Position numbers and translations under genes: made by a program. Positions 31,228 through 44,446 of a stretch of 64,000 nt of DNA are shown here, piece after piece. Under the pieces are notes generated by a model. That model was given only the letters and a program-made list of their open reading frames with translations, searched no databases and was not told where the DNA came from. The stretch is from the human T2T-CHM13v2.0 reference genome, Homo sapiens, in the NCBI RefSeq assembly GCF_009914755.1, contig NC_060925.1. One strand, given 5' to 3'. Within the stretch, counting starts at the first letter, position 1. The number at the start of each line of letters is the position of its first letter.

Positions 31228-31689
31228 TTGCTGTTCTTTTAGTTTGGTTTTCCTCTGGGCTGTTCAATGACAGGAATGACCCAAGTGAGAGTTGACCCTA
31301 AAACAGACCACGTGTCTAAATTCTCTCCCACCCTTCCTAAGGCATATCTGTCTTTCTCTCAAGATAATATGGCCTTGTCCCTTTCAAAGGGGAAGAATGC
31401 AACCACCAAAGCCTATTGAGGTTCCTGCACTTTGACTTTCCCAGAAAGGGTCAGGAAACCTGCCACTGCTTTTCTTCAGCTAATGGAAAACATTTGTGTC
31501 CACTCTGCTTGGTGTTTTCTTGGGATTCTTCTCAGAATCTTTTTCCTTAATATAGTTCAGGCAACTTTGCTGCCAAGAAATAAGAGGATTTTATAGAACC
31601 ATTGAGGAGTAAGAAAACTGGGAGGAAAATGAAAATTCGACTCTATGAAGAACAACAGCAACTTCATTCCTACCTGATAATGATAACGT

Positions 31690-31920
31690 GATTTTGAACT
31701 TTTCAAAATGCTTTCAGTTTCATTATCTCACCTGGGTTTCACAACAAACAAGTATTACCAGGTTTGCTTATTTTACAGATGAGGAAACTGAAGCCTGGAG
31801 GAGGTTAAATAATTTTTGCCCAAAATTACATGCTGGCAAAAGGTGGCTGTTTGCTTTATGTCAGGATTCAAACACAGATTTGGGGAAATCCAAAGCTTGT
31901 ATTGTTTCTACACTACTTTG
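31690..31920 (-). mobile_element. MIR
   Basis: ttttacagatgaggaaactgaagcctggaggaggttaaataatttttgcccaa...ggattcaaacacaga. Confidence 0.75.
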
Positions 31921-32384
31921 CCAAGCTTATTTTATCTTCTAAAGGCTCTATTTAGGAATCTAATTTATTCCTGCTTCACCTTGCACTCATGCACAAACTT
32001 CAATATCTCAAAAGAAAATATTTAAAATTAACACCTCATTTATCCAAAGAGTCACATGGCTGGCAACTTCAATTACATAGAGTTCGGTTTACAACCAGAA
32101 AATACATAAAGATTTTAGCCTCTTGGCATTAGAAACAACACCAAGTCTTTGCACTGAAAGACACAGGACACCTTCAGGTCTGCATCCAGGGGTAATTTTC
32201 CATTCGGAAGAATTCTTGCAAACTTGATTATCTTTACTGAAAAAGACAGGTGCACTGGTCACAAACAAACAAACAAAAAAAGTACAGACAACCTAACAAT
32301 GCAGAAAATGCCAGAACATTCAGTGCAGGGACAAAAAGCCCACTACATAATTAAATTGCCCTTAAGATATCAGCTGTTAAACAA

Positions 32385-32553
32385 CATAGTGATTCTAAAA
32401 TTGGCCTGATAAGAATCACCGGCAGCGTTTATAAAACACAGAATCCCAGGTCCTGGCTCAAAGCCAGCTGAATCTGAATATCCTGGAGAAGAGTCCGAGA
32501 ATCTGTATTTCATACCAGATAGGCCCCATGTTAGGTGAGTTTATGAAATACTG
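32385..32553. mobile_element. MER5-like hAT element
   Basis: agtgattctaaaa...agaatcacc...cagaatcccagg...gaatctgaatatcctgg...gaatctgtattt. Confidence 0.7.
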
Positions 32554-32648
32554 GTGTAATAGGCAACCCCAAAACAAAGTATTACTCCTCACATAACGTG
32601 TACTGGATTGAACTGACACACAGGACAGGGTTTCTCCATAAATATAAC

Positions 32649-32721
32649 TGCCTACACAGGGAAGAAGCCCTTGACTATGGTCTCATTAGCATCACGCTGT
32701 GACCAACTGGGCTTTCTAGCC
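32649..32721 (-). pseudogene. Degenerate tRNA-Ile(AAT)-like relic or tRNA-derived SINE head
   Basis: ATTAGCATCACGCTGTGACCAACTGGGCT matches 25/29 with the reverse complement of tRNA-Ile(AAT) as I recall it (ATTAGCACCACGCTCTAACCAACTGAGCT). B box degraded. Confidence 0.6.
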
Positions 32722-32797
32722 CAAACAACTGCACAAGAAAGGGTAAAGGAAGAATCTAAAATTGACAGGTAATCAAAAGGGTTAAAAGCAGAAAAGG

Positions 32798-33100
<303 letters not shown>

Positions 33101-33167
33101 TTATGGACAGTGAATAAAAGCTTTTAACCATACTAGAAAAGTCAACAGGGCTTACCTACTAAATGAT

Positions 33168-33431
33168 CCTAGGCTGGAGTGCAGTGACACAATCATGGCT
33201 CACTGCAGCCTCCAACTCCTAGTCTCAAGGTATCCTCCTGCCTCAGCCTCCCAAGAAGCTGGGCTACAGCTACAGGCTTGCACCACCACGCCCGGTTAAT
33301 TTTTGATTTTTTTGTAGAGACAAGGTCTCACTATATTGCCCAAGCTGATCTCGAACTCCTTAGCTCAAGTAATCCTCCTGCCTCTGCCTCCCAAAGTGCT
33401 GGGATTACAGGAGTAAGCCACTGCACCCAAC
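33168..33431 (-). mobile_element. AluJ, lacking tail
   Basis: aggctggagtgcagtgacacaatcatggctcactgcagcctc...gctcaagtaatcctcc. Confidence 0.88.
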
Positions 33432-36400
33432 GAGGCTCTTTTCTTTATTTTAATCTACGAAGGATGGTTGGCTAGGCAATTTACCGGTTGATTAATGAAA
33501 ATATGTAAATTTCAGGAAGCAGGTGAAAGGACACATCCGGCGTAGGAAAAATCTAGTCAGTTTCTCAACGTATTGCCTTAACCTTAATAAAAGCAGTGCT
33601 TACCTCCCCTCCAGAATTAACACCAACTTAAGCTAATTTTCAACATTAATTCTTTGGTCATACATATATAACAATTCAATTAATGACAAATGGTCTAAGA
33701 GGGGCAGTGGGTATGTTACTACATCACAATATTTACCAGCCTAGACTTATAAAATTGTTACAGCTAGAAGGACACTGAAAGATGGTCTAGTTCCTTCCCT
33801 TTTTCGCAATGGTAAAGAAACTGAGACTCAGAAAATTTAAATGAATTTTTCCAAAGCTGTACAGTGCAGTGGCAGTACAAGACTATAATGACTGTCTCTA
33901 GTTTGTGATGATTCACAGAGCTAATATATAATGAAGAGCTCAGCAGAGTAGATGCATAGGGTAGACATTCAGCATATGTCAAGTCTCTAACGTCAAGCCT
34001 CTACTAGAAATCGGTCACCGCATGTTTAATGGCAATAATAGACATAATCCCACACAGTCATTTTGCAGGTGGAAAAAAACTGAGACACACAGAAAACCGA
34101 CTCATCCACACAATGCAACTCGATAGTGGCACTGGCCAACGTGGAACCTGAAGCTTCTGACTCTAAGTGTCTTTTTTGCACTATACCATGCTGCCCCTCT
34201 CTCACTATTTAAAGTAAATAATAATAAATGATGACTCTATGTATCCCATATATAGAACCAGTTCTAGAATTTTAGCTCAACCATTTAGTTGGAAATCAAA
34301 AAACATCCAAAAACGTGGTGGAGCAACCAAATTAAATAGCACGGTTGCTGACCACCCAAATTCCGTATTACTGACTGGAAGACTGGGACCAACTTTATTT
34401 TTCTGCTTTGGTGCAAATGGGTAACTGGGAAATCGGGAGAGGCAGAACTTTCTGCAAACCGAGCTTCAGAATTTTCTGATAAGAACCTGAATTTCAAGAT
34501 TCTTCAGGTGGGGAAAGGATTCCACTCATGCTAAACTGAGAACTGGGGATCAATTCAAATCGACTTCAGTGTTAGTCTATCCTTCCCTTTTCTGAGACAT
34601 GGTTTCTGGTTTATAAAATGGAGATAATTTATTCATAGGGGTTGCATTAAAGCATGCATATATGAATTTATATAAAAAAGAGACTAACAGAGCTTAGAAA
34701 GACAATAACTGTTCCTCCCTTCTTACCTGGGAATCGTCTGTTGCTCTCCTGTAACCCCATACACCACAATCAATGTACAAAAACCAGGAGGTGATAAATA
34801 TTACTTAATTAAAAGGAAAACAAAATCAATTTCAGGAAAACTATCACGCAAAGATTCATAACTGTATTTAAAAGCAATTAATCGGTAAAGATAGCTGTCC
34901 AATGAAAGGTAAACTCCCACTGGTGTTATTTGACACCAGATTGTCTTGGCTTTCAAACAAGAGTAGACTTCTGCTTTTTCACCAAGAATTTAACGTTCTA
35001 AAAAGGTATGTGAAACAAGTTAAACTACTTGCATATTTCCACTTACATAACACTGACATAGCACATCAGCTTTTATTTTTTCCAGATACTAGATGAAGTT
35101 TCTTATATATTCCTGTGAGAGAATAAACAGAAAACTGTCTCTCTTCTTAATATATTAGTGCCCTGTAATCCAGACCATATGATCAATAAACTATATAAAA
35201 ATTAAATTATACTGACGGTCTTAGGCAAAAAGTGGAAACAATTTTTTTTAGGACTGTGGTGTGCGGAATATTAAAATCACATGTTGTGCTATTAATTTTT
35301 CTTTTGGAAGCCAAATAGAGTTCTCCTGCATAAATATCTCACCTAAATATTTCTCTTACAAAGAATTTTTCCTGTTAAAGGTGTTTGAGAGACATTTAAT
35401 TAGTGATATTGTAATTGGCCTGTGCTCAGGGGAAACATTGATCAATAAGTCACTTTGAAAATGTTGCCATGGTTTTAATGGCAAAGCACCCCTGAAAACA
35501 AGTAGCTATGTGCCTCTATAACAGAATACATGGTCCTGACGCCTTATTGCTTTTTGGAGATAAACAAAATCATTTTGTTCAAACATAAGACCAACAGTGA
35601 ATAAATATAATAAACAGGTTAGAATATTAGCTTTGGGGGGACGGGGGATAGTGGGGAAATGAAGAACTGAAACATGCATATGCACACACATGCATGCATG
35701 CACACACACCTTTTTTACACCTTCAATGTACAACAGAGTAGCTTGGGTTTTTACATCCCTGGCTAAACTACAGCTGATGGTTGTGTCTTTTTGCAAATTC
35801 CTTTACATCTCTTTCCTTTTCACTTTCATAAGACACCATCTCTTGGGACTGCCTTCTAAAATCACAAGGGTGGAAAGGAAATTGTACAAAGGCTGTCAAG
35901 CATGTTCTAGCTCTGCTTTCTTAATCACAAAGTAGGAGGTAGGAGGGTATCCTGCACAGGCACTCTAGAAAGAGCTTACCCTGCCACCAACAAAACACAC
36001 TGAGTAAACACAGGGAGTTCCAGGCAAGTTTACAGCAAACAGCTTCCATGTGTTTAGTGCTTCCTTGTACTCCCCTGGGACCAGAGAGGGTCTTTTAAAA
36101 ATTCAACAGCTTGATTACAAGACTTTAAGTAGTAATCTGTCCCACTGTGCATGATAATGAGCCAGCTGCCTTCAGGAAGGTAGGCCCCCCAGTGACAATT
36201 CCTTTACATAGCATCTTAATGTTGAATTAATGTTGAGAGACGTGGAAATGGGATGTGCCACCTGAACTACAGTGACTTTTCTTCCTTTCCACCCCTCCAC
36301 CCTTCCACAGAGCACAATTATACCTTCAGCTGTCTCTTCTTACCTGAAGGGGGCCGTTCTTATTTTTAAACTCTAAGAATCCTATCTTTCTTTACTATGG

Positions 36401-37755
36401 ACCATCAAGAGGACACTGCACAGTAAGAGCAGTGCTACAGAAAGAGTCATGAATACCAGAGAGGTATAACTCCAGCCTAAGAAGTCTCTGGTCTGCAAAA
36501 TCTGCATGGACAAATCCATTTCAAAGGGGACTTAAGTCTGTGCAGGAGCTGTATTTTAAGGGAACTGAATTGGGAACACAGATGTTTCTTCAGTTAGCAG
36601 AGTTGGCAGAACAGCTTCTGGACCAAATCCGAGTTCCTAATGCGGGAAGGGGCCTTGGAGAGCATCTACTTCAACCCACTCATTCAACTGCTGAGGAAAC
36701 TGAGGCCCATGAGGCAGTTAAGTGGCACACCCAGCAAGTGGCAAGAGTGGCAGTGTTCTGATGACAAGTACTGTGCGTTTTCCATTACACCATGATTCGC
36801 TTTAAAAAAAAAAAAATCCTAGGCTGACTTCAACCTTGGAAGTCCTGTTCATTCTTGTGAAGCGCTTTCTCCCTCCCCTACCGAGTTCATAAATCCTCCT
36901 CGCCCTCCCACTCCAATTCCTTTAACTCCCACCGCTCTTCCAGCTGTGGCTTCCAACGACTTTGGAAAACAGAAGTGGACCATCGCCTCAACTTTCTGGG
37001 GGCGCAATTAAATTTGTGGTCCCCAAACAAGATCGCAGCTGGCTTTCCCAGTGCCTCAATGTGCCCATCAGGGAAATGGGGCTCATCACCCCTGCTGCAC
37101 CGAGTCAGAGAGTGGGCGAGCTAAAACTGATGCCCCTGAAGCCGCCTACCACCTGGCACACAGTAGGCACTCAAGTGATTGCTGAAGCCGTGCCCAGCAC
37201 CAAGCCCGGGGAAAGCACCTACAGGAGAGGAGCAAGTGAAAAGGCCGGCTAGCCAGTCTGGCGAGCCTGGGCAGCAAAGGCGGAAGGGCTGGATGTTTAC
37301 ATACAGCCGCCGGGAAGGCAGCTCGGCTCCAGGCAGGAGCCCGACTCTCGGGGCGATCCATTTCACTCGGATGGAGGGCGACCAGCTAGCTATACGCTGG
37401 CTCTAGAGCGCGGCTCAACCAACTTCCCCTACGCTAAAAGGACGAACCCACACCTTCCGCGGGATTCCGCCCGGGCTTCCAACGTGGAGACGACTTTTAC
37501 TGAGCTGGTTTAACAGTTGCCCACGAACGCTTAAGCACGCCCAGACCCACTCAAGTACAGGCCAAGAAGTCGGTGGGATCGGGGAGGGCGGGGGCTTCGG
37601 GCCTGGGCGGCGCAAAGGCTCCCCAGGAAGGCTGCGGGGGCCCCCCGGAGCTGACGGCGCGGCGCGGCGCGGCGCTGCGCGGCCCCGGACTGGGCTGGGA
37701 CGCGCGCCGAGGGACGAGGGGCCGAGGGGCCGAGGGACAGCGGGGCTGGGCTCAC

Positions 37756-37894
37756 CCATGAAGAGGCAGAAGAGGTCGAGGCAGATGAGCAGCACCCGCT
37801 TGCTGCCGCTCCTCCTCGGGTTGTTGTTGAGCGCCGGGCTGCCGCCGTTCTTGCTCTCCGGGACGATCGCTTTGTCGTACTTGTAGTTTTGCAT
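37756..37894 (-). CDS. PLPP3: PLPP3 (PPAP2B/LPP3) coding part of exon 1: 46 codons + 1 nt, MQNYKYDKAIVPESKNGGSPALNNNPRRSGSKRVLLICLDLFCLFM
   Basis: Translation matches the recognised LPP3 N-terminus. ATG in gcgccATGC context at 37892-37894. Canonical donor G|GTGAG directly after 37756 (139 nt, phase 1). Lies in a CpG island. Confidence 0.97.
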
Positions 37895-38450
37895 GGCGCT
37901 GGCTGCGGCGCGAGCCTCCCGCCCCGCGAAGACGTCCCGCAACAGCAGCCACACACCCAGGCGCCCGGGTCGCCTCCTGGCCGAGGCTGCTGCGGATAGT
38001 GGCGGGTCGGCCCCGGCTCCGGGCGCGGCGGCTAGAGTGCAGCCGGGGCTGCCTGCCTCCAACTGCAGAAGGTGGTGTTTTCTGCTCCTCCTGCGCGCCT
38101 CTGCTTTCCTCTGTCAACCCTAAATCGTTCTAAAGTCCAAGGGGAAGAGAGCCAGATCCCGAGCAGAAACTTTTGCAGAGCTGCGCAGCTTGGGGCGCGC
38201 TGTTGTGGCGCGCGTCTGAGTGCGCGAGCGAGCGAGTGGGCAGCGCGGGCGCTCGGCCACCTTCCTCCGCAGCTGGTTCCTTAATGAATGGGAGCTGCGC
38301 TGAGCCCAGCAACTCCGGAGCGCCAGCCCCAACTCTAACTTTGCCTCCTCCTCCTCCTCCTCCTCCGGCTCCTCCTGCTCCTCCTGCTGTTGGTGCTGCT
38401 GCCGCGGCGGCTGCTGCTGTGATCGCCTGGGTTTGTTTTCTGCACTTTTA
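37895..38450 (-). other. PLPP3: PLPP3 5' UTR / transcription start region (TSS not determinable from sequence)
   Basis: GC-rich, no upstream ATG on the minus strand, contains GGA/CAG repeats. Upper boundary is a guess. Confidence 0.65.
38344..38418. repeat. (CCT)7 plus imperfect CCT/GCT trinucleotide tract
   Basis: cctcctcctcctcctcctcct followed by cctgctcctcctgctg...gctgctgccgcggcggctgctgct. Confidence 0.85.
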
Positions 38451-38984
38451 TTTCACGAGGTCCTTTAAAAAGAGAAGACGTGGGGGGAGAGAGAGAGAGG
38501 GACCTCCTTACTTGGCTCGGATGGGATTCCGAAAGCACAGCCCCTTCCTTAAGCTGCCTAAGACGTAGGATAATTAAGGCCACATTTTCCCCCACCCCCT
38601 TCAAAAAAAAAAAAAAAAAGTCCTAAAAGGAAAAGTTACTCTCAAACCAGAGAAACCGGGAGCCCCTAGCGTTCAGAAACACCAAATTGTCACCAAAGAA
38701 AAAATATATATAAATAAAAAGAAACATTTTCTTGCTGGCCTTGGGTCAAGTAAAAGTTAGGGCTGTACAGCTAAAATGCATTTTTCCTCACCTACAAACC
38801 TGAGGCTTTCAGGTCTTTATTGTGACTTGAATTGTATTACCCTGAAAATATAATTTTTAAGGAAAACAAGTTGTTTGTTTGTTTAAGATCTTAACATCCA
38901 ACACCGGGTACTACGCTAGATTTTGAGAATACTAAAATGAAAAAGACTGCACGACTGTGGAACATCTCCTGGATTTCAATCCTG

Positions 38985-39130
38985 TGACTCTGTGCCTCAG
39001 TTTCCCCGTATGTAACTAGAGATAACTGTTCCTTTTCATATAGGGTGGTTGTGAAGACTTAATTTGTTAATCCGTATAAGCTCCTAGAACAGTGCCCAGT
39101 ACATAGGAAGTGCTCTGTGAGGGTTAGCAA
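38985..39130 (+). mobile_element. MIR
   Basis: ctctgtgcctcagtttcccc...catatagggtggttgtgaag...agaacagtgcccagtacatag. Confidence 0.75.
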
Positions 39131-39758
39131 TTACCTTTTTTCTGGGTGAAGGAGTCTCAGGCAACCCCTCTCTTGGCCCCAAGAGTAATTCTACTACTAT
39201 GGGGAATTCCAGGGCAGCCAAAATGCTCTCTGCTTGAGTTTCAGACAATCTAACATTTTTCCTTAGAGGCTGGCATCTTATTTTTAATTATTTTATGTGA
39301 GTTAATCTTTTTTCCAGATAGAGAATAAACATTTCCAGGGCAAGGGCCTTCCCTTGTATCTTCTATAGTGCCTAGCATGGACCTGGGCACAGTGGACAAT
39401 AAATGGATGTTTTTTCCAGGTGGTTCTTTGTGTGCATTCAGAAATGGAAATATTTGTAGCTTTTTGATACATTATATGAATCATGTTCTTTCTTACACTG
39501 ACTTGTTTTGGGTTTTGATAACTTTATATGCAGCCACCATCAACCCTTTCTGGTACAATTGCCCTTTCTGGTACAATCCTTTCACACTCCACACCCCTGC
39601 TCTCCTGCACGCTCTGCCTATAATGCATACCCTTTCCTCCTCTAGTTAGGGAAATGCTTCTCTTGCTTTAGTATCCTCTGAAATGTCACCTCCTCTCTGA
39701 GTACTTTCTTCATTCCTGCACAGAATTAACTTCACTGTCAACTCTTTGCTTCTAACTA

Positions 39759-40048
39759 TTTTTTTTTCCCCCGAGATGGCGTCTCACTCTATCGCCCAGG
39801 CTGGAGTGCAGTGCCTCAATCTTGGCTCACTGCAATCTCCGCCTCCCGGATTCAAAGGATTCTCTTGCCTCAGCCTCCTGAGTAGCTGAGATTACAGGCT
39901 CGTGCCACCACACACGGCTATTTTTGTATTTTTAGTAGAGATGGGGCTTCACCATGTTGGTCAGGCTGGTCTCAAATTCCTGACGTCATGATCGCCTGCC
40001 TCGGCCTCCCAAAGTGCTAGGATTACAGGCATGAGCCTATGTCAGCCT
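39759..40048 (-). mobile_element. Alu (AluS)
   Basis: Antisense dimer. Confidence 0.9.
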
Positions 40049-40956
40049 GATTTGGTGTTACAGATGGTAAAGACTAGCAAACTGTGTAGGTTATCAGCGC
40101 CGCGGCATCTCTCTAGTACCTAGCACGGGATTTGCTGTGTACTGAATTAAGCTCAAGTTAGCACCGGTTAGTAAGTGGGGCTTGCAAAGAAAGACAACAT
40201 TGCTATCTTCTGGAAGCAAGAAGATCTGACTCTCCCAAGAAGTTTTGGAGCTGAAGCATCCAACTGCAAATCACACACAGCACTCTCAATTCAAATAGCA
40301 CAGGTAAAAGCCAGGGTAGTTCAGAAGGCAGATGCTTGAGATAGCTTTTTCTTGAGAAACACCTTCTCTTGAAAAGTTAAAAGAGTGGAAACAAAACAAG
40401 GCCAGGTTCATAATTACTGACATTCTAAGAGGAATTCAGGATTCCAGGGTCTTTGCCTACTCAATTGTCTTTGTAATTATAGTCATCTTTGAAATTCTTA
40501 GTCACCAAACCATGCTTTTGGAATTCCAATCTAAAAGCAAGCTTTCTTGAAACTGCAGGCCTCTCTGATCTTTCCCTCCTTGGAGCTCTAAAAGACCTTG
40601 AGTAGATACTCAAGGTCTTATTCCACTGGACACGGCCCTATCTGATTACTTCACTTTGCAAATCATGAAATTACTTGCAAAGTGAAATAATAAGACAGGG
40701 TCATGTGCAGTGGAATATAGTGGCTTGTCTTACTTGCAAGTGGTCATAATTTGTCCCTCAAACATTGTTAGCTCCATGAGGCGAGAGCCTTGACCTTAAT
40801 ACCACAATCAATAATGGTGAAATCCTAAGTCAAAGAAAGAAATAGTAACTACATGAATTTTATAGGTACCTCCCTGTATGTTTCCTGTCTGCTTTTCCTT
40901 ATCTGTGAAATGACTTTTATTAATTTAAGAATACACATATTTTTAAAAGTCAGACT

Positions 40957-41232
40957 GGCTGGGCGCAGTGGCTCACGCCTATAATCGTAGCTCTTTGGGA
41001 GGCCAAGACAGGCAGATGGCTTGAGGCCAGGACTCCAAGATCAGCCTGGCCAACATGGTGAAACCCCATCTCTACTAAAAATACTGGTGTGGTGGTACAG
41101 ACCCATAGTCCCAGCTACTCCCTGAGGCTGAGACACGAGAATTGCTTGAACTGGGCAGGTGGATGTTGCAGTGAGCCCAGATCATGCCACTGCACTCCAG
41201 TCTGAGCAACAGAGGGAGACTCTGTCTCAAAA
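40957..41232 (+). mobile_element. Alu (old, AluJ/S)
   Basis: Dimer with shortened linker and short tail. Confidence 0.88.
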
Positions 41233-42425
41233 AGCCTGTTATTCCAAAAGCAGATAAAAGGGATAATAAATGGATGTTTAAATAAGACTTTTATATTTCC
41301 ATTTATAAGGCTCTGTGGGCTATTTTTCCATAACTAAAAGATCATAGTGTTAATTGATGTATGTAGTTCTATGCAAACAGGTATTATATTTGGGTAACTC
41401 TTCAAAGGACCGCTACAAATACTTGTTATTATAAAACTGATTTGAACAAGTAATAAAATATAGTGTCAACATATTTCTTTAGATAATGGGAAATAAAGCA
41501 GCTAACCAGACATATAAACTTGAAGGCCTCTTTGCCTTAAACCCTAAAGTTGAATAATCTTACCAGCAAATAAATTGCAATAAAACAGACTTGATAATTT
41601 AGAATGGTGTCATTTCAAGGTAATTAAGTAATTAGAATTTCTGGCAAACAAACTTACCAAAATTCACACATCAAAATGACATCCAGTTCATTAAATTGGT
41701 CTGTATAAAAACTATAACATCAGCAGGGATAAATGCCTTTTTAAGATTGACTTATTGTGTGTGACAACAACAGCACATCATTCTTACATAACTGATACCT
41801 CCCAACATTTAAATGGCCTTCATTTCTAAGATCTCTCGTTACCTCATAATTTTCTTTCTCTCTCTTTTTGACTCCCAATATTTAATAATTAATTATTTTT
41901 AGTTTTGAAAAGGTATGAATTGGCTCTAGAAATATTGAAGAGGAAAGTAGCTGAGTCCCTTTTATATAAAATTGTATGGTCAAAAAGTAAGAGCCTAAGT
42001 TTCTTAAGCCATTGAAGTTAACTTAAGAAGACATAGACATTTTGACTAAGAAGAGTCTGTTTATCCAGATTCTTCCAAACTGTTATATTCATATTCCACC
42101 TCTGGTTTTTACTAAACAAAAATTGCTAGCTTGCTGCTATAAGTGTTGGATTTGATATCACGAATGCTTCCAGAGGACTGAATGGAAACATCTACCGTAA
42201 TACTCCTGAGAAAAGGCAGGAAGGGGCAGGGGATTAGCAGAAGGGTTTCTGCTGTTTGACCTGAGGCAAGCTGAATAACCTCCCTGAACCTCAGTTTCCT
42301 CAACTTTTAAATGGGGCTGACATTTTCTGTAGTTGTGAGGAGGGTTTAAAAGTATAAAATGAAATAATACATTTGAAAATGCTTGGTACACAATAGGCAA
42401 TCAATAAATATTAGTTGAATGTTAA

Positions 42426-42714
<289 letters not shown>

Positions 42715-44446
42715 TAATATTTTCAATGAACACTTTATTTCTACAAAATACCTCATTTAAATACAGCTATTTAAAAAGCATTTATCAAGTACCACCTTGA
42801 ATATAACCATTTAATTGTAGTCATCCTTCCCTGAATAAAATAACATCTTCAGCCTCTCAACTCCTGTCTTTTTAAAATATGCAATTTCTTGAGGTTTCAG
42901 AAAGTATTAATTCAAAATACTTATTTTCTTGAACGATTTACTTATATGTTGTTTTCTTCAGGATTGTTTGTGAAATCTAAGAAAAGCCATTTGCTTAAGC
43001 TAATAATCTTGTGAGAGTACAAGTGAAAGTACTTTCATTTTAAAAGCACTTTCACATCTATTATCTTATTTTTATCTTTACAACTCACTGAAGTAGGTGG
43101 AGTTGCTATCATTAGTCCCATTTTACAGATGAGAAAACTGAGGCAAGCTCACTTAACTGGATAGAACTGGTTTTCCCCACAGGTAAAATGAAAATGATTC
43201 TAACATTAGCTCATGCAGGGTGAAGTGTATAATGCTTTACAGTTTATAATATTTATAATACAGTTATACCCCTTACAGTTTATAATGCTATTTACATTCA
43301 CTGATCTTGTTTCCGAATAGGTAAGGCAGAGATTATTATCCTTGTTTTAGAATAAGGAAATTGAATCTTGGAAAGATAGGAGATTTGATTAAAGTTGGTG
43401 GTGAGGAGATTCCTGAAGAGCCACTGGAATCCAGGTCTCTTAATTTCTAAACTAAGGTTTTTTTCTTTACCCCACAAGGTCTCACACTCAAAGGTGCTCA
43501 GAAATTTCTGCTGTTCAACAGTGAATTCACAGAGTAACTTAGAGGGACTGAAGAATTAGCTTCATGTCTTTAGTAAAGAGACAGAGGGGAAGTTGTATTT
43601 TGTTTGTAATTTCTTACAGGCTTGGAAGGGAACAACATTGTTGCACCTTGTGTCTCTGAAACACATTTGGCTTCATAATTTGTCAAGCAGTTTTTTTGTT
43701 ACAAAAAGGGAGCTTTAAGAACACAAAATCGTAGTGGTACTGGAAAGCAGTCTTGGATTCATGTCAACATTTTTACCCTTTTACAAGTAGTAATCTTTTC
43801 TTAGCTAGAAATTAGAGCAGTTAAGAGCTAATCTTATGGTAATTCAAACAGTTAATGTTGTTCATTAAAAAAAAAATTAGAATGGATGGAGGAACTTGCA
43901 AATAAAGATGCTTCAGAGAATTTCCAAAACTGGTCAACTAGAGCTTGGCTGATAACTTAAAAGGAGAGTGATGCTGCCATCTTGTGTCATTATAGGAAAG
44001 TGCCATGGCTCCCAAAGTGAAAATGGCAGTAATTGGGGGATGGGGAATGATTGAAATGGGAATTAAGAACTTTTATAGCAAACATAAAATAATAGCCAAC
44101 AGCGATTCGATTTTGACTATCCTAATATTGGTTATTCATTCAATAGAAATTTATTGAGCATCTGCTATGTACCAAACACTCTTCTATAAGCTAGGGATAT
44201 GGCAATGAATAAAACAAAAATTCCTGTCCTCATTGAACCTTTAGGCTTTAATTATTCGATACGTGTTAACTCCTTTAATATTCCAAGCATCCCTGTAAGG
44301 AAGGTTTTTTCATTTTACAGATGAGGCTACTGGGGCACAGGAAAGTTAAGTAACTTTAACTGCCAGGTGATAGAGCCTGGATTTGAACCCAGGCAGTCTG
44401 AGATAGGAGCCATCAAGTCTTTATTACTATTACTTTTAAATGATTA

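Larger units (their letters stand above)
37240..38530. promoter_or_regulatory. CpG island promoter of PLPP3
   Basis: Sharp rise in GC and CpG density spanning exon 1 and the start of intron 1, against a CpG-depleted background. Confidence 0.92.

Noticed and set aside
37415-38062. 215-aa ORF as a complete protein
   Set aside because: Only 37756-37894 is LPP3. The part after the GTGAG donor is intron read-through and the start is a TTG.
38173-38604. Pro/Ala-rich and Arg/Ser-rich ORFs over the promoter
   Set aside because: Produced by the CCT/GCT repeat in GC-rich DNA; non-ATG starts.
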